In this document: positions 1 to 8,550 of the stretch, one piece after another | Layout of the letters: the number at the start of each line of letters is the position of its first letter | How positions within the stretch are numbered: the first letter of the stretch is position 1 | Source: Pseudothioglobus sp. nBUS_23 | Lineage (GTDB): Bacteria > Pseudomonadota > Gammaproteobacteria > PS1 > Pseudothioglobaceae | DNA length: 32,000 nucleotides | Assembly (NCBI RefSeq): GCF_051201565.1 | Contig: NZ_CP179200.1 | Span: 120,001 to 152,000, forward strand | Reading direction: 5' to 3' | The notes under the pieces: model-generated | Told to the model about the DNA's origin: nothing | Seen by the model: the letters and a program-made list of their open reading frames with translations, nothing else | Databases searched by the model: none | Translations under genes and position numbers: made by a program

Positions 1-49
1 CCTTTGGTTATCACAGACTAGCTAGTTCTTGTCTTTTATGGCGGCTGAG

Positions 50-766
50 TTAGCTTAGGGCTGATCTTCCGCCATCAACCCCAATTATTTGCCCTGTCAC
101 CCAAGCACTCTCGTCACTCAGAAGAAACTTCGCAAGCGCTGCTGAGTCTTTTCCTTCGCCCAGCCTCTTTAGAGGGTGCGCCTTAGCAAGTGCCTCAGCA
201 ACCACTTCACTTTTAAGCATTGACTGAGAAATTTTTGAATCAGTCAGACTTGGGGCTATGCAGTTGACGCGAATAGTTGGGGCAAACTCCGCAGCAAGGG
301 TAACCGTTAAGCCCTCAATAGCAGCTTTTGCTGAAGCAATTATCGTATGATTTGTGAAGCCTTTTTGTGCTGCGACAGAGGAGAATAGTACGATTGATCC
401 ATGATTATTTTTTAGATTATCTTGAAAGCCTTGAATCGCCTCGATTGCAGAATAAAGATTAAGTTTCATACATTTATTCATATCAGATTCAGTAACTCTT
501 TTTAATGGTTTAAGGTCAATTGAACCAATACAGTATGCAAGTCCCTTAATAATATTATCAGAGACATCAGATTTAATTTGGTCAATAAAACCATCCTCTA
601 AAACATCCGCAACAGTGAAGCTAAATCCAAGTTTTTCAGAAAGGGCTTTGAGCTCATCTTCATTTCTAGAAATAAGGTGTGCTTCTTGATTTGAATCTTT
701 AAGTTGTTGAGCAAGACTAGAGCCTATAGATCCAGTTGCACCAAAAATAAGATATTTATCTGACAT
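50..766 (-). CDS. Short-chain dehydrogenase/reductase (SDR) family oxidoreductase
   Basis: 238 aa. N-terminal Rossmann motif FGATGSIGS (TGxxxGxG). SDR core ...LFSSVAAQKG...ASAKAAIEGL. C-terminal VTGQIIGVDGG. The canonical Tyr of YxxxK appears replaced (IASAK), so it is atypical. Confidence 0.8.
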   Translation of the reverse strand: MSDKYLIFGATGSIGSSLAQQLKDSNQEAHLISRNEDELKALSEKLGFSFTVADVLEDGFIDQIKSDVSDNIIKGLAYCIGSIDLKPLKRVTESDMNKCMKLNLYSAIEAIQGFQDNLKNNHGSIVLFSSVAAQKGFTNHTIIASAKAAIEGLTVTLAAEFAPTIRVNCIAPSLTDSKISQSMLKSEVVAEALAKAHPLKRLGEGKDSAALAKFLLSDESAWVTGQIIGVDGGRSALS

Positions 767-899
767 ATATACTACTATTTTTAAAAAATAATTTTCATTT
801 TACTTATGACCTCTTAATGAAGATGTAATTTAGATGTGATTTAAGTGTTTATTTTGTTTATACTTTAACGTTTATTTATTCATACTCCTTCCTAAATCT

Positions 900-1472
900 A
901 TGAAAAAAATAGTCCCTATATTATTGCTTTTAGTTGGATTGGTTTCGCCTATATATGCAGAAAAAGAGGTTGCTGATAGAGCAATTAGATGCTCAGCTCT
1001 TATTTATATTGAGCTCATAAGACCTGAAATGGCAGGCCTAACTGCGGGTGAGGCATTAATGAATAGAGTCTATGCTTATCATATGATTGATGATAATGAG
1101 GATTTGGAAATGACCAATGGTCAAATTACTGAAGCTCAGACAGATGCTATAACAAAGCTCACTCAAGAATACATTCAAGGCGTAAATCTTGCTGAGGAAT
1201 ATAGAGGGTGCATTTACTGGATGACTGATGTCGCAAAATTTATTAATATTAGTGAGTATGTGGCTACTGAGGACAGTACTGAGGAATCTGATGCTGCTGA
1301 GATGGAGTTATTTCTTTCAGCCCCAACTGAAACCACTGTTACTTCATTCAAAAACCCTATCAAAACATGGGGGCAACAGGTTGATTTAGGTTTTGTCGCA
1401 TGGGCATCACAGGAATTAGAGGTGCCTTACAAAGAAGCTATTCTTTTAAAAGTCAGTGAAAAATTTGAGTAG
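900..1472 (+). CDS. Hypothetical secreted acidic protein (no recognisable domain)
   Basis: 190 aa ORF with a clear signal peptide (MKKIVPILLLLVGLVSPIYA/EKE). The central and C-terminal parts are Asp/Glu-rich. I recognise no motif. Coding status rests on ORF length and the signal peptide. Confidence 0.55.
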   Translation: MKKIVPILLLLVGLVSPIYAEKEVADRAIRCSALIYIELIRPEMAGLTAGEALMNRVYAYHMIDDNEDLEMTNGQITEAQTDAITKLTQEYIQGVNLAEEYRGCIYWMTDVAKFINISEYVATEDSTEESDAAEMELFLSAPTETTVTSFKNPIKTWGQQVDLGFVAWASQELEVPYKEAILLKVSEKFE

Positions 1473-1500
1473 AATTTGATGACTAATACTAAGATTTATA

Positions 1501-2499
1501 ATGGATAAGAAAACAAGAGACAACTCCGCAATGATGAATGGCCTCTATTGGTGGGGCGTTCCTACTTTGTTTCGATGTCCTCATCAGCCTGAGACTGATG
1601 GCTGTGATATTGCACTTGTTGGCGTTCCACATAGCACCGGGAATGGGACAACACAGCGCGATCAGCATTTGGGACCTAGGGCAGTTAGAAATATTTCAGC
1701 TCAGGGCAGAAGAGGACACTTAAAGTTTGGAATCTCTCCCTGGGAGATGTGTGAAATTAGAGATTTTGGTGATGTTCCCCTTCCCGAAGCTAACAATAAT
1801 GAGCAATGTATTGAGCGCATTACTGAGTTTTATGATGTCATTGCAAAGTCGGGTGTTAGGCCTATTTCAATTGGCGGTGACCATTCAATTACTGGAGGAA
1901 TTCTGCAGGCCATTGCAGGCCCCAAGTCCAAACTCACAAATGGTGAAAAAGCAGTACTAGTTCATTTTGATGCTCATACTGATGCATTTCATCAGCTCGA
2001 TCATTTCCTAGGTGCTGTTAAATCAGCGGCCCATTGGGCGAGCTATTTGGTCAGAGATGGATTTGTTGATGCGTCAAAAAGCATACAGGTTGGCATTAGG
2101 GGCAATACCAGAACGCTTGACTGGCTTGATTCAAGTTATGAGCTCGGATACGAAATTATTACCAAGGATCAGTACGATGAATACGGTGTTGAAAAATGTA
2201 TAGAAATGATTCAAGAGCGTGTTGGTGATGCGCCAATCTACATTACATTTGACTTAGACTGTTTAGACGTGACCGTAGCACCTGGAGTCTCTAATCTAGA
2301 GCCGGCAATTGAGGGTTTCAAGATGCCAGATGTTCTTAAAATGCTTCAAGGTTTAAGAGGTAAAAATATTATTGGTGGTGACGTTGTCTGTCTGATGCCA
2401 ACAGTTGACTCACCTAATCAGATTACAGCACATGTTGCAAACTCTATCATGTTTGAGATGGTCTGTTTGATTGCTGACAATATGGGTAATAAGTCTTAA
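1501..2499 (+). CDS. Ureohydrolase (arginase/agmatinase/guanidino-acid hydrolase family), substrate uncertain
   Basis: 332 aa. Binuclear-Mn ligand motifs are intact: GGDHSIT, HFDAHTDAF, TFDLDCLD. The substrate-side motifs diverge from canonical agmatinase (see finding). Confidence 0.85.
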   Translation: MDKKTRDNSAMMNGLYWWGVPTLFRCPHQPETDGCDIALVGVPHSTGNGTTQRDQHLGPRAVRNISAQGRRGHLKFGISPWEMCEIRDFGDVPLPEANNNEQCIERITEFYDVIAKSGVRPISIGGDHSITGGILQAIAGPKSKLTNGEKAVLVHFDAHTDAFHQLDHFLGAVKSAAHWASYLVRDGFVDASKSIQVGIRGNTRTLDWLDSSYELGYEIITKDQYDEYGVEKCIEMIQERVGDAPIYITFDLDCLDVTVAPGVSNLEPAIEGFKMPDVLKMLQGLRGKNIIGGDVVCLMPTVDSPNQITAHVANSIMFEMVCLIADNMGNKS

Positions 2500-2882
2500 G
2501 ACCTATAATTTTCCAGATGAATGTCCAAAGCCTTCGTAGATATCAAAGTTTCTAGGAGTGCAAAAAAGAGCGAGCCAGATAACATAAGAAGTCCAAAGCC
2601 AAATACGTAATTGGCAAATAAATAGTATTTGAGATAAACCAAAATAATTGTCATTAAGTTAAAGATAAAACTCATAACACCGAATACTTGCATTCTTCTT
2701 ATATAGATCACGCGCTTTTCTAGAATATTCAGTTGTTCATCTGCATGCTTGGTTTTAGATTCATCGCTTCCTTCTGTTGTCATTGCACGAATTAAGACGC
2801 TAAGCGAGTGAAGCCGATTTGTATAGGCCACAAACAAAAGAGAGATTGCAGGGAAGAGAAGTGCGGGAGTTGTAATATCCAT
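2496..2882 (-). CDS. Small integral membrane protein, DUF2721-like
   Basis: 128 aa. The N-terminal segment LLFPAISLLFVAYTNRLHSLSVLIR resembles the DUF2721 signature as I recall it, and there are 2 further hydrophobic helices at the C-terminus. Its stop overlaps the convergent ureohydrolase stop by 4 nt. Confidence 0.6.
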   Translation of the reverse strand: MDITTPALLFPAISLLFVAYTNRLHSLSVLIRAMTTEGSDESKTKHADEQLNILEKRVIYIRRMQVFGVMSFIFNLMTIILVYLKYYLFANYVFGFGLLMLSGSLFFALLETLISTKALDIHLENYRS

Positions 2883-2924
2883 AGATGATTATTTTAATAA
2901 CTATTAGGCACCTATTAAGACTAT

Positions 2925-5231
2925 TTAAAACTTAGTTGATTTAATGACATCAATAAGCTGATGCATATCATCCTCATCCGAATAAATGTGTGGCGATAGC
3001 CTAATTCCTTGACTTCGAAGGTCAACACTAATTTTATGATCACTAAGACTTTTTAAAATTTTCTCTTGGTAGTTTTTAAAATTAAGAATCATTGTGCCGC
3101 CTCGCTTTGCTTCATTTCTTGGAGATACAAATTCATCATCGAAAGATTCTTCAACAACCTTAATGAGTTTTTGGTTGTGCTCTCTAACTTTAATGATTCC
3201 TAATTGATTAAAGTATTTGATACTATTCGTAGCGGTAATATAAGGAGCAACTGATGGAGTTCCACCCCAAAATCTTAATGCAGTATCTGTATAGCGAAAA
3301 TCATGAATATCAAACTCAAAAGGATTTTCATGGCTAAACCAGCCCACATCTCGAGGATTACAAAAAGGCAAGCGATTAGAATTAACCCACAAAAAAGCTG
3401 CACCGGGACCACCACAGAGCCATTTGACGCATGAGCCAATCATAAAGTCTGGCTTAAGGATGTTTAAATCAATTGGAACAATTCCTGCAGATTGAGCAAT
3501 ATCAAGTATGGAGATTATATTTTTTGATTTTGAATGATTAATCACATCTGAAATAGGTGAGATCTGGCCCGTATTTGAGTAAGCGTGACTAACGAAGACT
3601 ATATCAATATCATTGGTCAGGTATTTTTTCCAAACTTCAAGATCTGTGACATCCTCATTGGAAGGTATAAATCGAACTTCAGAGCCCTCAGGGAGTGATT
3701 TTTTTAACGTGAAGCCCATTCCTGGAAAATCTATCTCACTCATTAGAACAGTTCTAGTGCTCTTTTGCGTGTCTGGAAGAGATAATATTATTTTACTAAG
3801 TCCAGAGGATAAATTGACTTGAGGGCAGAATTCCGTTGATTTAGCATTAAAGAGTTTGGAGAGTTCTGAGGTAAAGTCTTCTATTGACTGAAGCCAATCA
3901 TTCCAGGGTTCACTCAGAGAGTTGGACCATGTCATAAAAAACTGATTATTAAAAAACTTTTCGGTTTCTTTGAGTGGCCTTCCAACTGAATGACTTAAAA
4001 GATAGTTGGCTTCTGTTAATATGAAATCATTTTTTAACGTATTTAACGAAGACTCTTTGTCTTTAAGTTTCTTTTTGAGAATTTTAATATCATGGTGCCT
4101 CGAAGGTATATCTTTTCGGTCTGCTGCAGCTCTTCTATCTCTGAGTTTCTCCAGTGAATTAATTAAAATTTCTAGTGGCGGTCCACTTGCCGTAATATTA
4201 TCTAGCTGAGACTCTTTTAAAGCACCTGACGGAGCAGCAATGTATTTTTTAACAAGTTGATTGTGGTGTTGTTTTGCAGCATCACCATGTAGTTCACATA
4301 ACTCTAAAAACAGCGTTAAATTTTTTTTATACCATGATTGATTTACATTTTTCGTGTTTAAAAACTCATCCATAAAACTTGATCGTCTCATGCAGTCTCT
4401 GAGAATGGCCTGATCTTCCGGCATCATATACATAAACTTATCAACAAGCATTTGAGAATAGGCTGGTTCCTTTGCGAGGCAAAGTCCTAAAAGTATGTCG
4501 ATGACATTAATTCCAGCAAAATCGCCAGCATTTGCTCCACGGTAGACTTGGAATCCTACATGATAAGGCTTATAGTATGGCCTTACGCAATAAAAAAAAT
4601 CATCAACATCAAGTCTGTCAAAAAGAATTTGATTTGATTTTATAACTTCTTCAAGTGACTCTTTTGTCACCTCAAATAGCTCTTCACTCATAGGATGTGA
4701 TATTCCTAGAGAGTGGAGTTTTAGAAGGGCGTCACCAGCTCTCTTGTATGCGAGTATGGCTTTAGTGTTGTAATCAAGAAAGAATTTTTCAGCAGGAAGA
4801 GTTGTAAAACTTTTATAGACACCATTAATCGCTTTATTGTGTGTGGATAGGTGGGCTGTTGCAAATCGAGGAGTGACACCAATTGAGGCGCCAATATTCA
4901 TCGCTAGTCCAGATGCTTCTTTAAGAGGCGAAGATGAATCTCTAGAGGGATCGGTAATTTCATGTCTTCGACAAGAGGCCATATAGAGACCAACATTCCC
5001 CAATAAATCAAAAGCGCTATCAAATCCCTCGTCCGTATTTCCTTCATAGAGCAGTTTTTTTATATATTCCCTGCCCTCATTTTCGATTGATTTCTTTAGC
5101 TCATCCCCAACCAAATGAACATTGATTCGTTCAGGCTGTTTTTTATAAAGAAATTCAAGTTCTGTATTCATTTCAACAAAACTATTTCTTATCCAATGAT
5201 CAAAAGCAATTGAATTTGGCGTCATGAGCAA
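2925..5231 (-). CDS. Fusion protein: N-terminal IDO/PrnB-like heme dioxygenase domain + C-terminal kynureninase-like (class V fold) PLP enzyme
   Basis: 768 aa. Residues 232-250, GANAGDFAGINVIDILLGL, match the IDO signature GGSAGQSSVFQCFDVLLGI. Residues 322-331, HHNQLVKKYI, match the IDO proximal-His helix YHLQIVTKYI. The C-terminal half carries kynureninase motifs: YLLSHSVGRP, DFMIGSCVKWLCGGPGAAFLWV (Lys603 as candidate PLP lysine) and GWFSHENPFEF...RFWGGTPSV. Confidence 0.8.
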   Translation of the reverse strand: MLMTPNSIAFDHWIRNSFVEMNTELEFLYKKQPERINVHLVGDELKKSIENEGREYIKKLLYEGNTDEGFDSAFDLLGNVGLYMASCRRHEITDPSRDSSSPLKEASGLAMNIGASIGVTPRFATAHLSTHNKAINGVYKSFTTLPAEKFFLDYNTKAILAYKRAGDALLKLHSLGISHPMSEELFEVTKESLEEVIKSNQILFDRLDVDDFFYCVRPYYKPYHVGFQVYRGANAGDFAGINVIDILLGLCLAKEPAYSQMLVDKFMYMMPEDQAILRDCMRRSSFMDEFLNTKNVNQSWYKKNLTLFLELCELHGDAAKQHHNQLVKKYIAAPSGALKESQLDNITASGPPLEILINSLEKLRDRRAAADRKDIPSRHHDIKILKKKLKDKESSLNTLKNDFILTEANYLLSHSVGRPLKETEKFFNNQFFMTWSNSLSEPWNDWLQSIEDFTSELSKLFNAKSTEFCPQVNLSSGLSKIILSLPDTQKSTRTVLMSEIDFPGMGFTLKKSLPEGSEVRFIPSNEDVTDLEVWKKYLTNDIDIVFVSHAYSNTGQISPISDVINHSKSKNIISILDIAQSAGIVPIDLNILKPDFMIGSCVKWLCGGPGAAFLWVNSNRLPFCNPRDVGWFSHENPFEFDIHDFRYTDTALRFWGGTPSVAPYITATNSIKYFNQLGIIKVREHNQKLIKVVEESFDDEFVSPRNEAKRGGTMILNFKNYQEKILKSLSDHKISVDLRSQGIRLSPHIYSDEDDMHQLIDVIKSTKF

Positions 5232-5373
5232 AGATTATTTAAAAAAGCAAATCTTATCATTCTTCTTTAAATTTATTTAACTAAAATCAACTTATAATTA
5301 AAATTATATTGAATACAATCACTAAAATAATAATAATTAATATAGAATATAGCTAATAATACAAATAATAATA

Positions 5374-5868
5374 ATGAATATTACTATGGACTCGAAAGAT
5401 CTACGTATCTTGACATTACTTCAACAAAATGGAAGAATGCCAATTTCAGAATTAGCTACAAAACTCAATATGTCTGATACGCCCTGTTTAAGGCGTGTCA
5501 AAAAAATGGAAGAATCAGGTGTGATTAGTGGGTATTCTGCAAACATCTCTGCCGACAGTATTGGCTTTAATGCTATTGTCTATGTTTTTGTACGACTCAC
5601 CGAGAATTCTAATGCTAATGCTGACATGTTCGAGAGTGCTGTTAAGAAATTAATTGAGATTCAGGAGTGCTCAGTCATTTCTGGATCCCATGATTACCTT
5701 TTAAAAATTATCTCTAGAGATCTGCTAAGTTATGAAAGTTTTATTAAACAATCAATCGGAAATTTAAGATGTGTCTCAAGCATTGAATCTACTGTTGTAC
5801 TTAAGCAGACTTTTGCCAGATATGAACTGCCGATAGATAATACTGAAAAAAAATCTAGTTTTTTCTAG
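5374..5868 (+). CDS. Lrp/AsnC family transcriptional regulator
   Basis: 164 aa. HTH_AsnC-type N-terminus (LDSKDLRILTLLQQNGRMPISELATKLNMSDTPCLRRVKKMEESGVI) plus a C-terminal RAM/ligand domain. Divergent from the dioxygenase-kynureninase fusion. The start may be the ATG at 5386. Confidence 0.9.
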   Translation: MNITMDSKDLRILTLLQQNGRMPISELATKLNMSDTPCLRRVKKMEESGVISGYSANISADSIGFNAIVYVFVRLTENSNANADMFESAVKKLIEIQECSVISGSHDYLLKIISRDLLSYESFIKQSIGNLRCVSSIESTVVLKQTFARYELPIDNTEKKSSFF

Positions 5869-6581
5869 ACTGAGGCGTTTGCTGATATAAGCCCACAGCT
5901 CTGATTCGCAGGAACTGCAACTTTAATTTTCTTTGGCAAGCCTAAATCTAGACTATTAACATTCTCTATAAAAGTCTCTTGATCAAAAGATTCTCTTATC
6001 ATTGAATTGAATTTTTTCTCCTCTCCAATTGTACTCACTGAAAGCCCATTGTAATCATGAGCAGGATAGACTTCAGTAGTATCGGGAAGTTTAAATAGTT
6101 TTTGAATAGACTCATAGAGAGATTCAGCAGAGCCACCCTGAAAATCACACCTTCCGGTACTCCTAATAAAGAGCGTATCCCCTGTTAATAGTTTATTTTC
6201 AACAAGGTATGACATGCACCCTACGGTGTGTCCAGGCGTCTCAATTGTTGTGATTTGATATTGTCCAATATTTAAGATATGTCCTTCACTAACCATAATA
6301 TCTGAACAGGCCTCAGCATCAACATTCTCCATTCCAATGACAATTCTTGCTTTTGGATAATATTTTTTAAGGGGGCAGGCACTCGTAATATGATCTGCAT
6401 GTATGTGAGTTTCAATAATGAATTTCAGGTCTAGATCAAGCTCTTTAAGTAGAGCTGTATCTCTATCAATCATGATATCTACTGCATCAACTATAGCCGC
6501 TTCTTTAGTTTCACTGTCAGCAATCAAATAAGTATAAGTGCAACTTTCTCTTTCAAAGAGTTGTTTAAAGATTAGGCTCAT
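5865..6581 (-). CDS. Metallo-beta-lactamase-fold persulfide dioxygenase (ETHE1-like)
   Basis: 238 aa, collinear with human ETHE1 as I recall it: FKQLFERESCTYTYLIAD, THIHADHIT, TPGHTVGC, TGDTLFIRSTGRCDFQGG, YPAHDY, VAVPANQSCG. Confidence 0.85.
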   Translation of the reverse strand: MSLIFKQLFERESCTYTYLIADSETKEAAIVDAVDIMIDRDTALLKELDLDLKFIIETHIHADHITSACPLKKYYPKARIVIGMENVDAEACSDIMVSEGHILNIGQYQITTIETPGHTVGCMSYLVENKLLTGDTLFIRSTGRCDFQGGSAESLYESIQKLFKLPDTTEVYPAHDYNGLSVSTIGEEKKFNSMIRESFDQETFIENVNSLDLGLPKKIKVAVPANQSCGLISANASV

Positions 6582-6625
6582 ATCTCAAGACTTTGTTCAT
6601 TCATACTAAAATTATAACTCAATTT

Positions 6626-7405
6626 TTAGCAGTTGTATTTAGTCTTCATTTTTTCAGTTTGTAAATAGTAGTCATAGAGCTTGAGGTCTGAGGCCGCAAG
6701 TTTGTCTAAGACTATAGTAGCATTAAGATGATTTTGAAGAGCACTGCCAGGACAAAATGCAGAGAGTGGACCTTCTACGACATCTGCAACCGCCTTGCTT
6801 TTATGTTTACCCAGGCCAATCAGCAGAATATTTTTAGCTTCCATGATGGTTCCAATTCCCATTGTTAGTGCCAGTGATGGCTGGTTTTCATGAGGCTTAA
6901 AAAAACGAGCATTTTTTGAGAGTGTATTTTTTGTCAATGTTTTAACTCTTGTTCTAGACTGTAAGCTCGAAGTAGGTTCATTGAAACCAATGTGCCCATT
7001 CGATCCAACCCCTAAGAGCTGAAGACCAATGCCTCCATGTTTAGCTATATTAGCTTCATAGTTTGAGCTAGCTGAGTCAAAGTTTTCATCAAAACACTCA
7101 GGAATATAGACATTATTTGGATCAATATCAATATGATCAAATAGCTTTTGGTTCATATAATTTCGATAGCTCTGAATATGATTTGGAGGTAAGCCAATGT
7201 ATTCATCTAAGTTAAAAGTAATAGTATTTTTAAAACTAAGCATTCCATTTTTATAATGATTTATCAATGCTTCATAAGTCAAAAGAACTGAGCCACCTGT
7301 TGCTAATCCAACAATAGGATTTTTGTTATTATTTATATAATCTGTAATAAATTGACCTGCAAAATTACTGGCCTCAACCTCTGTTGGAAGGATGACTACT
7401 CTCAT
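6626..7405 (-). CDS. nagB: Glucosamine-6-phosphate deaminase
   Basis: 259 aa classical NagB: GLATGGS, FNLDEY, GVGSNGHIGFNEP. Overlaps the upstream nagA stop by 4 nt. Confidence 0.92.
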   Translation of the reverse strand: MRVVILPTEVEASNFAGQFITDYINNNKNPIVGLATGGSVLLTYEALINHYKNGMLSFKNTITFNLDEYIGLPPNHIQSYRNYMNQKLFDHIDIDPNNVYIPECFDENFDSASSNYEANIAKHGGIGLQLLGVGSNGHIGFNEPTSSLQSRTRVKTLTKNTLSKNARFFKPHENQPSLALTMGIGTIMEAKNILLIGLGKHKSKAVADVVEGPLSAFCPGSALQNHLNATIVLDKLAASDLKLYDYYLQTEKMKTKYNC

Positions 7406-8550
7406 GGTTGTATGCGCTCTATTGGGTTGCCCGCTAACCAGACATTTTGGATTTTGAAATCTGAGCTAAAATGCACAAGGTCGGCTCTGTAGCCTTTTTT
7501 GAGTTGCCCTAGGCGGTCAGATACGCCTATATACTCAGCTGGGTAAAGCGTTGCCATTGAGATTGCACTCTCGAGCGGAATGTTACATTTCTCGTAAGCA
7601 TTTTTTATCGCATCAATTTGCGTTATAGAGGATCCCGCTAGCTTGCCTTCAGAGTTAATAATTCGTCCTTTGGATTCACTGACTACTTCATCATAAAGCT
7701 CAAAAGAGGGCTCACCATGGTTAATGGTAGCCATCGAATCAGAGACAAAAAACAGTTTACCTTCAGGCTTTTGTTTAAATGATAAATTAATTAAGGATGG
7801 GTGTACATGATGTAAGTCAACAATAATACTAGCCCAGACTTCATCAAAATCTAATGCAGAGCCAACAACTCCAGGCTCTCGAGCAGAAATTTGACCCATT
7901 GCATTAAATAAATGTGTAAAGCCATCTAACCCATACTTAATAGACTCTTCAAGTTGATCATAGTTTGCATCTGTATGGCCAGCTAAGATTTTAAATCCTA
8001 ATGACTTTAGGCTCTTAAGTTGTTTAATAGAAATGCATTCAGGCGCTAGTGTCAACATCACAGGGAACTCATTCAATGTTTCAAATAGACTCATATAGGT
8101 GGCATTAATAGTATTGATGTATTGCTTTTGGTGAACCCCACGATATTTAACATTAAAAAATGGACCTTCTATATGAACGCCCAACAGAGATTGATTGTTA
8201 TGAATCTCTTTTGAAATGGTGTCTGTGCATTCTTGAAGTACATTGAGTGAGTCACTAATCACGGTAGGCATAATGCTAGTTGTGCCAAAATGTTGATGCG
8301 CACTTATTATTGTATTTAGGCTGTCTTTATCTGGCGAGTTATTAAATAGCTTACCGCCTCCACCATTGACCTGAAGGTCGATAAAGCCAGGAGAGAGAAT
8401 GCCACCATTTAAATTTTGAGTCTCAAAATCCTGTGGAATCTGAGATTCATCAACTATCTCAATAATTTCTTCATTTTCAAATAAAAGTGCTTTATTGTCA
8501 GCCAATTCTTTGCCAGAAAAAAGTTGAGCCCCTGTCAGTGCTTTTTTCAT
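7402..8550 (-). CDS. nagA: N-acetylglucosamine-6-phosphate deacetylase
   Basis: 382 aa amidohydrolase with NagA motifs: GFIDLQVNGGGG, HIEGPFF, LAGHTDA, THLFNAM, DLHHV. Overlaps the regulator gene stop by 4 nt. Confidence 0.92.
   Translation of the reverse strand: MKKALTGAQLFSGKELADNKALLFENEEIIEIVDESQIPQDFETQNLNGGILSPGFIDLQVNGGGGKLFNNSPDKDSLNTIISAHQHFGTTSIMPTVISDSLNVLQECTDTISKEIHNNQSLLGVHIEGPFFNVKYRGVHQKQYINTINATYMSLFETLNEFPVMLTLAPECISIKQLKSLKSLGFKILAGHTDANYDQLEESIKYGLDGFTHLFNAMGQISAREPGVVGSALDFDEVWASIIVDLHHVHPSLINLSFKQKPEGKLFFVSDSMATINHGEPSFELYDEVVSESKGRIINSEGKLAGSSITQIDAIKNAYEKCNIPLESAISMATLYPAEYIGVSDRLGQLKKGYRADLVHFSSDFKIQNVWLAGNPIERIQP

Noticed and set aside
1-49. Possible 3' end of an upstream plus-strand gene (…PLVITD* ending at 19-21), or a terminator for the SDR gene.
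   Set aside because: Only about 20 nt of potential coding sequence is visible, with no hairpin. This is insufficient to support any feature.
335-379. The SDR appears to lack the catalytic Tyr of the Ser-Tyr-Lys triad. Ser130 and Lys147 are present, but Ile143 sits where Tyr is expected (TIIASAKAA). The pattern NHTIIASAKAAIEG loosely resembles FabI NYNVMGLAKASLEA.
   Set aside because: This rests on a by-eye alignment only. Divergent SDR subfamilies shift the Tyr position, so I cannot distinguish a real catalytic change from an alignment offset without a profile alignment.
1538-2203. Short ORFs in alternative frames inside the ureohydrolase gene (1538-1723, 1727-1960, 2012-2203). Analogous 60-90-aa ORFs lie inside or antisense to other long genes, for example 3613-3822, 4006-4209, 8487-8759, 11884-12295, 13863-14253, 14887-15129, 15478-15717, 16500-16979, 19345-19557, 19910-20122, 20902-21123, 22440-22694, 23641-23859, 24474-24698, 24646-24915, 26030-26248, 26557-26754, 29208-29420, 29773-29964 and 30491-30745.
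   Set aside because: All are fully embedded in, or antisense to, long ORFs with clear family motifs. Their translations are low-complexity or hydrophobic with no motifs and no RBS. They are typical shadow ORFs of an AT-rich genome.
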